This document shows positions 62,609 through 64,000 of a DNA stretch of 64,000 nucleotides, one piece after another; the first letter of the stretch is position 1; the number at the start of each line of letters is the position of its first letter. The position numbers and the translations under genes were made by a program. The DNA lies in the NCBI GenBank assembly GCA_963665665.1, contig OY762428.1:5120001-5184000 (forward strand). The letters are read 5' to 3'. Source of the DNA: Candidatus Kapaibacterium sp. Lineage in GTDB: Bacteria > Bacteroidota > Ignavibacteria > Kapaibacteriales > UBA2268. The notes below the pieces were generated by a model. It was not told the origin of the DNA. It searched no databases and worked only from the letters and a program-made list of their open reading frames with translations.

Positions 62609-64000
62609 TGGCTTTCCCTTTTGTCATTTTTTTCATTTCCGGCCATTTCCATCAACTGCTCCACGAGCTGTTCACCTTTGGCGGTATTTTCTCCGAGCAT
62701 TTTTGCAAAATTCTGTGCCATATTTATCTGGTGATCAAGCAATTCTTTTGCCTGACGGAGTGTTTGATTCTTTAGTTCTTTAAGAATTTCCTTGTCGTTC
62801 TGATGATTGGTAACATTAACAAAAATCCCGACAATCTTTCCGTCATCATGTAATTTATAATGAATCTGGTGGCAGATCAGGTTATAATTTTCGTGTTCAG
62901 TTTGAATTTCATAAATATCAGAATCGGATTCCTTTAGTTTGACGAATGGTTCCGGGTCAATCAGATATGACAAGTGTTTTCCGCATATTGAATCGTTGCA
63001 CAGGAACATTTTTCTGAAAGCCGGGTTCATCTGTTTTATCCTCAGGTGCTCGTCGAGAATTATTATACCATTGGGGCTTGTGTCCATTATCTTGTTGCTG
63101 CGGGTTTCCGCTTTGCGGCGCATGTATGGCATGCACATTTCGGGCACGGCCATTCCGGAAAGAACAGCAATGGCTTTTTCCCGGCAGCTGTTGTATCCGC
63201 ATGCTCCGCAGTCGGGCCTGTCCTCGGGGTTGGCCTTGCCTGTTTTGCTTAATACTTCAATGATAGCTTCCTCGCTGAATGCGTTTGTGAAATCATACTG
63301 TTTGCAAAATGAGCATGAGTAATCAATATCTGCGTATAATCCTTCTTCATAATCGTTGTTTTCAGCCATGTTATTTACAGATAGTTTTTCCCAGGCAGCA
63401 AACTGATTGATCTTTCTGCTGCTGCCGGGGCCTGAGGGGCATCCACCCTTGCAGAAGAGCAATTCCATAACAACAGGTTCTCCGGCTGAACGTAAATAAT
63501 CGAAAGCAGCATCGAATTCAATAAATCCGTTAACGCTTATCTTCTTTATTTTTTTATTATTAATTAATCCAACAGCTCCGCCCGGCAGGGGAAAATCACT
63601 ACAGTAAGTATTTCCGATTTGGTCGAAATTACTTTCTTCCAGGCATTCGAAATCAACCCCTTCTGATTCCATCCATTTGTCCAATTCTTCGAAAGTCATA
63701 GCCGAGCTGATAATATTTTTATATTCATCTCTGAGGTTTTCATCTTTTTTGGCAACGCATGGTCCAATAAATACCACTCTTGTTTTTTTGCCGTATAATT
63801 CCTTAACTGCTTTGCCACAGGATATCATGGGGGAGATCACCGGAATAATTGAATCAATAAACTCGGGCCGGTATTTTTCGATATAGCTTATTGATGCAGG
63901 GCAGCTTGTATATATAAATGAAGAATTAGCTTGTGAACTGAGGGTGCTATCAATATAATCCGATGCCCGCTTCATTACAGGGCGTATTGACTCGCCGACG
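62584..64000 (-). CDS. Putative sensory [FeFe]-hydrogenase (group C type) with extra FeS and PAS domains; 5'-truncated by the window edge
   Basis: H-cluster motifs YTSCPA, IGPCVAKKDE, ELLFCKGGCPSGPG; CGACGYNSC...CMP; PAS SPNGIIILDE...MNPAF; frame stays open to position 64000. Confidence 0.85.
   Translation of the reverse strand, partial: VGESIRPVMKRASDYIDSTLSSQANSSFIYTSCPASISYIEKYRPEFIDSIIPVISPMISCGKAVKELYGKKTRVVFIGPCVAKKDENLRDEYKNIISSAMTFEELDKWMESEGVDFECLEESNFDQIGNTYCSDFPLPGGAVGLINNKKIKKISVNGFIEFDAAFDYLRSAGEPVVMELLFCKGGCPSGPGSSRKINQFAAWEKLSVNNMAENNDYEEGLYADIDYSCSFCKQYDFTNAFSEEAIIEVLSKTGKANPEDRPDCGACGYNSCREKAIAVLSGMAVPEMCMPYMRRKAETRSNKIMDTSPNGIIILDEHLRIKQMNPAFRKMFLCNDSICGKHLSYLIDPEPFVKLKESDSDIYEIQTEHENYNLICHQIHYKLHDDGKIVGIFVNVTNHQNDKEILKELKNQTLRQAKELLDHQINMAQNFAKMLGENTAKGEQLVEQLMEMAGNEKNDKRESQWDIFTAK

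Overview
AT-rich bacterial chromosome segment. T9SS C-terminal-sorting cargo proteins, TAnnTTTG-type promoters, GWxTD/YfhO genes and scattered nuo genes suggest an FCB-group organism such as Kapabacteria or Ignavibacteria (inference). Housekeeping genes include meaB, mutS2, yqeY, obgE, purB, an addA-like helicase-nuclease, tRNA-fMet, a long RelA/SpoT, nuoJK and aroC. The window also carries many envelope or secreted proteins, an Rpn nuclease, and a sensory [FeFe]-hydrogenase-PAS/SpoIIE pair cut by the right edge. The most unusual feature is a non-coding element present twice (about 31.6-33.1 kb and 59.0-61.5 kb). Each copy has a perfect palindromic axis, with two related 21-bp tandem arrays pointing away from it. 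The arrays decay outward but stay on a strict 21-bp lattice, and REP-like hairpin modules are embedded as exact multiples of 21 bp (42, 105 and 252 bp). All alignments and counts were done by eye; no database searches were run.
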